38,297 nt of DNA. Source: Macrostomum lignano (lineage: Eukaryota). Every line of letters starts with the position of its first letter. Positions within the stretch are counted from its first letter, which is position 1. Location of the stretch: the NCBI GenBank assembly GCA_002269645.1, contig NIVC01004680.1, positions 1 through 38,297 of the forward strand, read 5' to 3'. This document shows positions 11,901 through 22,000 of this stretch, piece after piece. The position numbers and the translations under genes were made by a program. Under the pieces are notes generated by a model. It saw only the letters and a list, made by a program, of their open reading frames with translations, ran no database searches and was not told the origin of the DNA.

Positions 11901-14900
11901 TGCGGCTTCAACTGAGAGGCAGAGGCAAAGGCCAGAAAATGTCGATAACTGGCTGGCACAGATGACTGCTCGCATTTGCCCACGGGTGGGTCTCGTTGCG
12001 TTTCTTCTCTATCCGTTGCCGAGCAGTTCCCCCCCCCGCCGCATCGGAAAGGTACGGGATGGGGGCCTTCTACTTCTCCATCGACTAGTCCATTCCCCGA
12101 TGAAAAGTCCCCGATCCTTCGATCTGTGCCGACCCGTGCAGTCGAGTAACTCGTAAAAAAAGGGCAGCCTCAGCCAAGACTCATTACTGGCTTGTTTTTA
12201 ATCACTCGCTAATAATTTCCAATCTCTTCTGCCGTGAAAAAAATAAAGTCAACTGATTCCACGGATAGAGATGAATACTGCGGTAACCCTCTATGCATGC
12301 AGATTTATCAGTTTAACTGTATAGGCAGACAATAAACAGGTCGAATAACCAACTTCAGCCCTTCTCATACTGGTCAATTTAATCAAGTGTACAGAGGTAG
12401 TGCGAGTGTACACGTAGACAGAGACCCTTTTGTAAATAATTGAGGGCGTTGGCCTGGAATGCCGAAATTGCAGTGCATAGGGAAATCTAATTCAGAAGAT
12501 TAATTTCTGATGAGGTACTCAGTTACAAACCCGCTAGTTTACATTTAAATTCATTTTAATAACTTTTACTAAAGCTTGTTAATATCTGCGCACTTCTGCA
12601 TCTGCGAGTGATTTCGACTTGTGGGATTAGAAAGTCGCTGAACTTTTATGTAAGCACTATTATTAATGGCCTTACTGATAATGCGAATATGGAGATCCTC
12701 TGCTGGGGCAGGAGAAGAAATGTGAGACTGATGGGGGCCTAGCATCTATAGCCATATTGGCAGCTGGGGGGGGGCTCAGAAGTGCTGAATACGAACTCCT
12801 GCTATTGTCCGTGCTCTGCAAGTGTCGGGAGAACCCAGATGTCTGGCTTTTCCTCTCCCAGCAGCGAGCATCCTGCACAGAACCCGTCACGCACCATTGA
12901 TGACGCGAACAATTCGCCAGAGCAGGAACAGGACCATGACTGACACTTCCGTGGACTCCAGCTTCACGAAGACGATGTCCGCCACAAATGAGATCATGAT
13001 CACCACTGCGTCGACGATCTGAAATCGAAATTTTAATAACAATTCGATTAATTATAAGCCCGCGCGTTGATCCGCAAAATTACCTGTTTGAGATCTTAGG
13101 CACACTTTGCAAACACAGGAGAAGTTGATAACAAGTTTTCTCTGTACTGCAGAGAAGTTCATCTAGTTTTCTAGTAACCAGAACTGCATGCATTGCTTTA
13201 GATATTCGCAAGTTTCTGGGGGTCTCCCTAATGTACCTCCTTAATTTTTATTGTGTTTTGTTTCAAAGAAAGTTCAGAAGAGTTCTGCAAGATACGCCAG
13301 TCGATTCAAGTTCAAGTATTTCAAGAAGGCATTTCACACAATCGCCAGGTCAATGGAGCTCCGAGCGTCAATGTGTCGGAGCGGCTGGTCTGTCTCTACC
13401 ATCATGGCGATACACAATCACTCGAAAGCTGCTGTTTCGACATCGGACGGCCTATCAGACTTCTTCAAGACGTCCTCTGGGATGCTCCAGGAGAACGCGG
13501 ATTGACGCCAATATCGCCCCTCCTGTCCTCAGCCGTTGAGGACGCCCAGCGATAGCACTCTATCGTCATGCCAGGCTGGTCCGTCCAAGGGACCTGTTGC
13601 GCTGTCGGCGATTCCAATTGAAAGGTCACCTCATCAGCAGTGTCCACAGTCGCAGTGTCCACAGACGGTGCAGGAAGTGCTGCTGCTAACGCTGCAGGCA
13701 CCCTACCGAAGCGCACTCGGCGTTTCGTCGACTGCCTGCTGGCTGATGCCGGCGCCCCGGATTCGGTCGGTTGCACGGCTTACGTTTGTGTCCAGGCCCA
13801 GAGATAAACCCGGTGCCGCTGCTCTCAATAAGGACTTGAACAACAACGCATTGAGCTTTTTGTTGTTGTTTAACGAATTTCATCTCTTGTGTGAAAAAAA
13901 CTAGACATTTTGAATTTCTCCTCATAAAATGACGCCCTCTCAATGGACTGAATTACAAGACTCCCTTCCCAATTCGCAAAATCTCGTTTCCTTGTGGGCT
14001 CGAAACCATCAGGAAAAGATAAACTCTTAAAATGTATCTAACGGCAAAGTGCGCAAAAGACGCAGCCGCCTCGGTTGTGCGCCTAAAGTTCGCAGCCGAG
14101 CCGAGAAATGCGGAACAAGAATGTCCTGCCTGGTGAATATTTCATCAGCATGCCAGTCCCCTGGCCGCTGGGCCCGAGTCAAATTCCAGACAGGGCGTCC
14201 CTGTTCCTGCACTGCCAGCGTCTTCTCCGCGCCTCATCCTACTGCGCAATAATTGATTGACTCATCCCAGATCTGGCTGTCTCGGTCCCGGCGGATTACC
14301 GACCAGGAAAGAGCGCATTTGTGCAGTGCTTTGTACAGCGCGCTGTGCAACAGCAAGGCTCGCATTAATGTAGCTTCAGTTTCCGTGCGAATCGAAGGGC
14401 GCTCTTTGCAGCTTCATTGAGCTGGCTGATTCGAAGTATCTGTGTGGAAGATCTTTTCAGATCCTGGAAATTCGCACTTAACTGTTTGTGCACTGAAGCA
14501 TTCATTTTATTGAAGAATGAGCCTCGACGAAATTAAGCATCGAATGGTTTCCAACTTTTGCGTTATCGGAATTGCCATGGTTGGGCTCGATCGGTGGCTT
14601 AACTCTCGAGTGTTCATTCGGTCCCACTGTTAATTTGTGAACCCTTGTCTAAGTGTACGAGCGTACTGTTAATATTTTTGTTCCAAATTTTTGTAGGTAG
14701 AAGATAATAATACACGAACTTGCAGCATCAATCTAGTGGACGTCGCAAGAGCAGGACGTATTGAAATTCTGTGAAGCACCGAGTGAATCTGAACACGATC
14801 TCCTGTTCTGGACCCTGATATTGACCTCTTGGGCGAAGTCAGACGGGCACTCGGCGTTTCGTCTACTGCTTTCTGGCTGACACCCAGTTTCCAAAAGCTA

Positions 14901-17770
14901 CCCTTTGATCTAAAAAGAGTCACTTGAGCTGTTTTTATCGTCGATAATGACTCAGACGTGCTCCATTCGCAGATGGACCGGTTATCGGTGCGCATTCGCG
15001 AGGGCACAAATACACCCCGGGTGACGAGCGGCCTCCGGTTATCAAACTTGCCGTCGAAAGCAGATTTCCTAATTCGAAAATCATGATGCAAATACCTTTG
15101 AAAACATTTCCTCCGCCTCTAATATTAGTCAATATTGCTGGCTTTGAAGTCGGCTCGAGTTTCCTCGTAGTGAAATTGGAGGCCTGTTTTTGCGGCCTGA
15201 ATCCGCGTAGGCAAGGGGTTGGCTGGATGGGAATATGTTCGGTTTGTCAGGCCGCTTATTAATTCACTGCAACGGCTTCGAAGCCCTTCTGGACCAAAAT
15301 AGACAGTCCATGCGAGTTGGAACGCGTGCTGCTGACGGCTTTCAGGTACGAAATGGACAATAATATTTTTCGACAGCATATTTTCAAGGCGTTTTTTTAA
15401 TCTATTTTTTATGCTTCTTCGGTTCAGTGGCACCTGGATAGTTGTCTCAGTTTCTCTTTCTGACATCTTGTTAATAAGGGCAGCAGGAGTCAACCTTGCA
15501 GTTTGGAAATTAATTACACACTAAGCAGTGCGCCTGCGGAGCCTTTGATTTTACCTGCAGCTTCAAACTCGAAGTCCAAGTTCAACTAATCTTTTAGATG
15601 CCCTTCTTCGACGAACTCAATGTCAAAGCGAGTACTGAGAATTTGAGCTATCAATTTTGCAAGACACAAGTCTGATTCAGATTCCATTGTACAATTATCT
15701 ACTCACCTCGAACTTCTCTCGCACAAAGTTCCGACCGAGGCAGACAATTTTCAGCGCCACCTCGAGGACGAACAGGCCGAGAATCCCAATGCTGACGAAG
15801 TGCAGCACGGCTGAGACGTCGTGCAGTACCTTGGCGTGGCTGAACTCCTGCTGGAAGTTGGCGAACGCCGAAGTCGCCGACGAATACGACCGGTTGGTGT
15901 CATCCCAGGCGGCGGCGCCGGCGTCGCTGGCGACGTGTCGACGCAACCGCGGCTGGTGGGACCCGGCTACCGACGGACTGGGCGAGCTCGCTCCGGGCTG
16001 CCCGCCAGCCACCGAGGAGGTCACGTTGCATGAGATGCTGGAGTTCTGACTCAGCGTCAGGAGCACGTCGGCCATGTTGGTCACCAGGCGCTCGGCAAAC
16101 TGAGGCGACGACGTCAGCTCCGGACTGAAGGCCGGCAGCAGGAGGCCTCGCTCGCCGAGCTGCTTGGCGAATGTTCGATTGACGAATCCGGCAGTCTGCA
16201 CGAAGGCGTCCTCGAGCTCCTGCTTCTCGCCTGCAATTCGCAAATTTGTGAGGCGCCGGTGTTTCGGATTCAGGCAATTTTGAGCTTGAGAAGTTTGGAG
16301 TTGTGAAACCGACCCAGCGAAATAGCATCGAGACAAAGTGACCGACTCGCTTTGGGTGGATCCCTAGGATAGCAGCTCCATTTCCGATTGGAGTCTCCTA
16401 CCATAGGGTTTTTTGCATCAACTGATAGCTCGTATCGGGATGCAGTGCTCGGTGCCACAATCCATTGGTTACACAGCCACATGGACTCGAGCTTCAGCTC
16501 TGCTAACTCTCATCTGTTTTCTACATGTCTTCATCCCTGACTAATCCTTTGGGATAACTAAAATCAACAGCATTGAGCTTAAATTCCTGAGATTCCGAGA
16601 ACCCTTTAGAAAATCCCTAAACTGCGTAAGCAGTTTCCATCATCAACAAAATTCTCCGCTATTCGGCCATTTTCGAATATTCCGTCCTTGCAGCCTCTTC
16701 CATCATCTTCCTAAGCCCCTTTCAGGTAAATCTCAAATTCCAAAGATTTCCACAAACCCATGCAGATTAAACCTGGATGCGGTGTGCATCCCGGATGGAT
16801 GCATCGGACTCCAGGAACGATGGATGAATAAATATGGAGGCTTCAATCGGAGAATAAACCCCACCCAGCATATCCTGACAGCCCACAGCCAGGCACTGAG
16901 CAAATCCTGACAGCCCACAGCCAGGCACTGAGCAAATCCTGACAGCCCACAGCCAGGCACTGAGCAAATCCTGACAGCCCACAGCCAGGCACTGAGCAAA
17001 TCCTGACAGCCCACAGCCAGGCACTGAGCAAATCCTGACAGCCCACAGCCAGGCACTGAGCAAATCCTGACAGCCCACAGCCAGGCACTGAGCAAATCCT
17101 GACAGCCCACAGCCAGGCACTGAGCAAATCCTGACAGCCCACAGCCAGGCACTGAGCAAATCCTGACAGCCCACAGCCAGGCACTGAGCAAATCCTGACA
17201 GCCCACAGTCAGGCACTGAGCAAATCCTGACAGCCCACAGCCAGGCACTGAGCAAATCCTGACAGCCCACAGCCAGGCACTGAGCAAATCCTGACAGCCC
17301 ACAGCCAGGCACTCAGCATATCCTGACAGCCCACAGTCAGGCACTGAGCAAATCCTGACAGCCCACAGTCAGGCACTCAGCATATCCTGACACCCCACAG
17401 ACGGCACCTATAGTCCTGGCTACTTACTGGTGATGGCCTTGATCTCCAGGATGATCTCGGCGATCACAATGACGGCGTCGATGAGCACGAAGGCGCACAG
17501 GATGATCTGCACTACGTTGGACCGGATTGCCAGCAGCCGCTGGCGGTGGCGCGCCTGAGGCTTTGGCCGCCATTTGCCGTTGCAGCTGCCGCCGCCGACC
17601 GAGGCGTGGACGGCAACGTCGGCGACAGGAGGCTGAGCAGCGACGATGAAGCTGACGAGGAGGAGGCGGCGGCAAACAGCAGCGGCGGCCTGGCTGGTGG
17701 CCCGCCGCCAAGGGCTCCTCCGTCGTCGCATTCATCGGATTCGTCACCGGATGACCGGTGGCGATAGCGG
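8330..17770 (-). CDS. HVCN1: Voltage-gated proton channel (Hv family, Hv3-like), spliced core: join(17770..17428,16230..15707,13018..12895,10836..10721,10291..10213,8973..8330)
   Basis: Four TM helices with Hv motifs: S1 ILCAFVLIDAVIVIAEIILE (Asp filter), S2 LHFVSIGILGLFVLEVALK, S3 FEIVDAVVIMISFVADIV, S4 VLFLLWRIVRVING, followed by a coiled coil. All junctions are GT-AG with matching phases (1,0,1,0,1). From the in-frame ATG at 17731 the join is 1791 nt (596 aa + stop). Family-level call by motif recognition, not orthology. Confidence 0.9.
9005..9230. repeat. Highly degenerate short tandem repeat
   Basis: Recurrent (T/C)AGAAAC/GGAAAC and TAGTT motifs at irregular ~25-50-bp spacing. Confidence 0.4.
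10213..10291 (-). CDS. HVCN1: Hv exon, distal coiled coil
   Basis: Acceptor ttcactttcag|AAG; KHILFLEELCRELGGGEEQIANCKPR; donor CGG T|GTGAGT (phase 1). Confidence 0.8.
10721..10836 (-). CDS. HVCN1: Hv exon, proximal C-terminal coiled coil
   Basis: Acceptor ccgtccgcag|GC completes Gly; LMMHEKQRGEFRIQLQKRARRMSEMKCDTLETERDLQE; weak donor GAG|GTGCCA at phase 0 fits the next exon. Confidence 0.8.
10871..11419. repeat. 40-bp minisatellite (GGGCTTGGGGGCCCGAAGTCTATGGCCAGCCCTGCTGCCG), ~13 copies
   Basis: Direct period 40; explains ORFs 10688..11591. Confidence 0.97.
12895..13018 (-). CDS. HVCN1: Hv exon encoding S3-S4
   Basis: Acceptor tttcgatttcag|ATC, donor AAT G|GTGCGT; IVDAVVIMISFVADIVFVKLESTEVSVMVLFLLWRIVRVIN (41 codons +1). 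Not present in the supplied ORF track. Confidence 0.92.
13310..13815 (+). mobile_element. Degenerate RTE-like relic: RT fragment plus C-terminal fragment, inside an Hv intron on the opposite strand
   Basis: YFKKAFHTIAR...STSDGLSDFFKTSSGMLQ resembles the RT motifs DFKKAFD...SGVLQGD; downstream CPQTVQEVLLLTLQAPYR and cggcgtttcgtcgactgcctgctg match the 3780-3870 region. Confidence 0.65.
14840..14885 (+). mobile_element. Tiny fragment of the same RTE-like C-terminus
   Basis: gcactcggcgtttcgtctactgctttctggctgacacc closely matches gcactcggcgtttcgtcgactgcctgctggctgatgcc at ~13714. Confidence 0.5.
15707..16230 (-). CDS. HVCN1: Hv exon encoding the long S1-S2 loop and S2
   Basis: Acceptor aattgcag|GC, donor TTC GAG|GTGAGT; 524 nt = 2+174 codons; ends HDVSAVLHFVSIGILGLFVLEVALKIVCLGRNFVREKFE. 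Confidence 0.9.
16868..17400. repeat. 32-bp minisatellite (CCTGACAGCCCACAGCCAGGCACTGAGCAAAT), ~16 copies
   Basis: Direct period 32. Confidence 0.97.
17428..17770 (-). CDS. HVCN1: Hv exon encoding the pre-S1 region and S1 (apparent 1-nt frameshift inside)
   Basis: Candidate acceptor ...tttgggcgcag|C at 17771/17770; donor ACC A|GTAAGT at 17428/17427. 3' part reads RQRLLAIRSNVVQIILCAFVLIDAVIVIAEIILEIKAIT. 5' boundary less certain than the donor. Confidence 0.8.
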
Positions 17771-17794
17771 CTGCGCCCAAACCGAGGCAGCTTG

Positions 17795-18345
17795 ACTGCT
17801 TCTGTCTGCTTCTGTCTGCTTCTGTCTGCTTCTGTCTGCTTCTGTCTGCTTCTGTCTGCTTCTGTCTGCTTCTGTCTGCTTCTGTCTGCTTCTGTCTGCT
17901 TCTGTCTGCTTCTGTCTGCTTCTGTCTGCTTCTGTCTGCTTCTGTCTGCTTCTGTCTGCTTCTGTCTGCTTCTGTCTGCTTCTGTCTGCTTCTGTCTGCT
18001 TCTGTCTGCTTCTGTCTGCTTCTGTCTGCTTCTGTCTGCTTCTGTCTGCTTCTGTCTGCTTCTGTCTGCTTCTGTCTGCTTCTGTCTGCTTCTGTCTGCT
18101 TCTGTCTGCTTCTGTCTGCTTCTGTCTGCTTCTGTCTGCTTCTGTCTGCTTCTGTCTGCTTCTGTCTGCTTCTGTCTGCTTCTGTCTGCTTCTGTCTGCT
18201 TCTGTCTGCTTCTGTCTGCTTCTGTCTGCTTCTGTCTGCTTCTGTCTGCTTCTGTCTGCTTCTGTCTGCTTCTGTCTGCTTCTGTCTGCTTCTGTCTGCT
18301 TCTGTCTGCTTCTGTCTGCTTCTGTCTGCTTCTGTCTGCTTCTCT
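17795..18345. repeat. 10-bp satellite (CTGCTTCTGT)n, ~55 copies
   Basis: Near-perfect array. Confidence 0.98.
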
Positions 18346-19704
18346 GCTGCTTTCTATGCTTCTAAATCCTTCGGGGTCCAAGTTTGTCAGCTCAGATAAG
18401 GCCGAGTCTTAGGAAGGCCGCACTGCTCAGTAGTCGGACTCTTTTGATCCGGGTCAAGCAATTCCCAACCCCCCCCCCCTTTCAGCCTCAGCCGGTGCCA
18501 ACCCGCGGAGAGCATCAGGGAAGGCAGGGAGCGAGTTGTCCGGAATGCCTGCTCCCATTGGCCCAGTGAGATTGGATGCTCAGCTGAGGAGTTCCAGACG
18601 GAGGCTTGAGCAGGGAAGGGACCATGAGCTGCTTGTTGATTAAAATAGGTTGTTTGTTAAACCGCTTCGATAGCTTTTGAATCCAAGTCGCTTTATTTGG
18701 TGCTTTCGATCGAAAGGATTTGGTATTTAAATCCCTCAATTGCGACATTCAGTGGTCAATTTTTTAACTCAGACACAGATTTGTCCTCTTTTAGCTCGAG
18801 ATTGTGCCGAACTGAGAGAAAGGCCTGAGGGAGCAGAACTAAGGTCAGGCCAGCTTCCCAGACTAATTACCGCTGGGTTCCCCCGGCTCTCGGGAGAGTC
18901 TCGAACTCAGACTAAGTGCGGCCGCTCTGTGACAGCTCGCGTCTCCATCAAGGCATCAAAGGCTCCGGGAGGGGGGGAGCTGGAGAGGCGGCCTCTCTGT
19001 GTGCCCCTGGATTCCTGGGAATTCCCAGCTAGCAGCGAAGGTAGCGAAGACGAGGCGGCGTTGTCACGGAAACGAGGACTCGAGCAGGGAGCTCCGGAGG
19101 CGGAGTCTGGGGCGGCGGCGGCTGTTTTTGGCATGGAATTTTCCAGTTTGCGCGCAACAGACGCGGTGGGGGGGGGCATTTTTGTTCATTCTGCTACTGC
19201 GGAGGAGGGGGCAGGGAGGACAAAGAGGCGGGTTTTCCCCGCTCCCCAATCATTGATTGATCCCTTTGCGAAAGCGAGCTCGGCAAGTGAGCTGCTCACA
19301 GTCACCGCCCTTTATATTCAGAAGAAGTGATGAAGGAAAGGCAATAAAAAGCACAAGCAGCTGTGAGGTCACTGCTCAGATAGGGAGAGTGAAAGTGAGT
19401 TTATTGTATTGGATTATGATTATTATTATCGCACACGCATTGTCCCGGGCACAAAGGCCGATAAAAAAGCAGCCGATTCCTCTTTTGAGCACAAAGGCGA
19501 GCGGACGGAAAATCCAGGATTAAAACAAAAGGTTTGGCAGGGGAAACTCCGGCAGGGGAGGCTTCGATCGCGAATTAAAAAGCTGGGCGGAACTGCCGCC
19601 TTCCGGTTGCTATGGGATATTTTTAGCTGCCTTGCCATACGAGCTCGAAATTCGATCAATTGGTAGACGGCCGATCCGCTCAGTAGCCGAATAATGTGTT
19701 TTAA

Positions 19705-19910
19705 AAGTACACCATTTTAGCAATCCACTTCTTTTATTCATCCTTGACGTTGGCTAGATTAGCAATCCATTTTATCCAATTCATAACTGATTAGCTAGAT
19801 TAGCAATTCAATTCTATTCCTTCATTCATGATTGGCTAGATTAGCAATCCATTCTGTTTCTATATTAATTCAGTGCTTTGGCTAGACTAGCAATCCATTT
19901 TATCCAATTC
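19705..19910 (-). repeat. Degenerate inverted copies of the 20-bp subunit of the 20493-21379 satellite
   Basis: TTGGCTAGATTAGCAATCCA and variants at ~40-45-bp spacing = reverse complement of TGGATTGCTAATCTAGCCAA. Confidence 0.8.
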
Positions 19911-20492
19911 ATTCATGATTAACAAACCCAATTTTACGCGTGCTGCAGAATACGCAACAGAAGCATTAAAGAGTCAAAGGAAAAATGAATAAACAATTTC
20001 ATCCTTCAAACTCTATCCATTTGCAAAACACGCATAGAAAATTTAGCTTTTTCCTACTGTCAGTAGTGCAATATGTTAGAAATCTAAAATACAATATTTT
20101 TCTGTAACCAAAACCGGCTGCCCTCTGCAACACGCCAAGGGATATCGATTCCGGGGATTACTGGGCTGCACATGGAGGGGGAAAGTTTGTTTTGGGACAA
20201 GTTTGAGCTTTAAGAAGATTAGCTGTCGATTGCCGCTGCAGACTAAGCTAATTACCAGCGCCTCTATCCCGCTGCCGGGATCTGAAAGGCCGGCCCCTGC
20301 GACTCATAATCTGCTCCAGTCGATCATTCTCTGTCCCCGGGGATCCGAGACGGATCTCCCCTTGTCTTGAAGGCTTTCAGTTTCTGTGCCATTATTTTTA
20401 AACTGCAAACCGGCTGTCTGTCAACTGGCCCGCCGGGACGCCGCCTCAAATCGATGAGGGATATTGGGCCTGCAGCTGCTGCCTGTTCGCAA

Positions 20493-21379
20493 TTGGATTG
20501 CTAATCTAGCCAACCATGGATTTGCTAATACAATGGATTGCTAATCTAGCCAATCATGGATTAGCTAATACAATGGATTGCTAATCTAGCCAATCATGGA
20601 TTAGCTAATACATTGGATTGCTAATCTAGCCAACCATGGATTTGCTAATACAATGGATTGCTAATCTAGCCAATCATGGATTTGCTAATACAATGGATTG
20701 CTAATCTAGCCAATCATGGATTAGCTAATACAATGGATTGCTAATCTAGCCAATCATGGATTTGCTAATACAATGGATTGCTAATCTAGCCAATCATGGA
20801 TTTGCTAATACAATGGATTGCTAATCTAGCCAATCATGGATTAGCTAATACAATGGATTGCTAATCTAGCCAATCATGGATTTGCTAATACAATGGATTG
20901 CTAATCTAGCCAATCATGGATTTGCTAATACAATGGATTGCTAATCTAGCCAATCATGGATTTGCTAATACAATGGATTGCTAATCTAGCCAATCATGGA
21001 TTAGCTAATACATTGGATTGCTAATCTAGCCAATCATCGATTAGCTAATACAATGGATTGCTAATCTAGCCAATCATGGATTTGCTAATACAATGGATTG
21101 CTAATCTAGCCAATCATGGATTTGCTAATACAATGGATTGCTAATCTAGCCAATCATGGATTTGCTAATACAATGGATTGCTAATCTAGCCAATCATGGA
21201 TTTGCTAATACAATGGATTGCTAATCTAGCCAATCATGGATTAGCTAATACAATGGATTGCTAATCTAGCCAATCATGGATTAGCTAATACAATGGATTG
21301 CTAATCTAGCCAACCATGGATTAGCTAATACAATAGATCGCTAATCTAGCCAATCATGGATTAGCTAATACAATGGATT
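20493..21379. repeat. 40-bp minisatellite (GGATTGCTAATCTAGCCAATCATGGATTWGCTAATACAAT), ~22 copies, made of two related ~20-bp halves
   Basis: Direct period 40. Confidence 0.97.
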
Positions 21380-21416
21380 TCAGCTCAAGCAACAGCAGCG
21401 GTAAGAAATCACTCAC

Positions 21417-21542
21417 GACTTTTTTCTCCGCTTCGTATTCACGGAGCCGATTTCGCTCTGCAGGATGGCCAAGTCAATGTTGTCCTTCTGCAGCTGCTTG
21501 ATGAACTTTTTGTTGTTCATCCAGCCGAACTGGTAGGAGTAC
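21417..21542 (-). CDS. Upstream phase 2-2 coding exon, probably part of the Hv N-terminus
   Basis: Acceptor gcccgcag|G, donor AAG TC|GTGAGT; YSYQFGWMNNKKFIKQLQKDNIDLAILQSEIGSVNTKRRKK. Splicing to 17770 gives ...KRRKKSRYRHRSSGDESDECDD. Confidence 0.7.
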
Positions 21543-21670
21543 CTGCGGGCCGGTGACAGCTTGACATTCAAATGTACCTTCTTTGCTTCAGAATGCGAAT
21601 CGTTGAAATTTTGATTCTTTATGTCCTGCTTTCGGCTTGGATTTGGTTTGCTTGTGTTATGAATCATGCT

Positions 21671-22000
21671 GATAACCAGCACTGTACATTGCGTCTATAG
21701 ATAACCAGCACTGTACATTGCGTCTATAGATAACCAGCACTGTACATTGCGTCTATAGATAACCAGCACTGTACATTGTGTCCATAGATGACTAGCACTG
21801 TACATTGCGTCTATAGATAACCAGCACATTGTGTCCATAGATGACTAGCACTGTACATTGCGTCTATAGATAACCAGCACTGTACATTGTGTCCATAGAT
21901 GACTAGCACTGTACATTGCGTCTATAGATAACCAGCACATTGTGTCCATAGATGACTAGCACTGTACATTGTGTCTATTATGTCTATAGATAAGCAGCAC
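21671..22000. repeat. 29-bp minisatellite (GATAACCAGCACTGTACATTGCGTCTATA) with variants
   Basis: Direct period 29, some shortened units. Confidence 0.92.

Noticed and set aside
13985-14015. CCTTGTGGGCTCGAAACCATCAGG resembling the 3' half of a minimal hammerhead ribozyme or a B-box
   Set aside because: No upstream CTGANGA core in the right position, no A-box or tRNA fold; other CTGATGA hits in the window also lack stem II-GAAA.
16733-18412. Long ORFs of 180-290 aa (CQDLLSAW.., KQTEADRSRQ.., SASVCFCLLL..)
   Set aside because: Translations of the 32-bp and 10-bp satellites; open in several frames on both strands.
18907-19140. Coding-looking ORF (MPKTAAAAPDSASG...)
   Set aside because: No convincing donor linking it to 17770; may be chance in GC-rich DNA.
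19748-19905. 20-bp repeats separated by variable 21-26-nt spacers, CRISPR-like in look
   Set aside because: Eukaryotic context, no cas genes, spacers related to each other, and the repeat is the reverse complement of the nearby satellite subunit.
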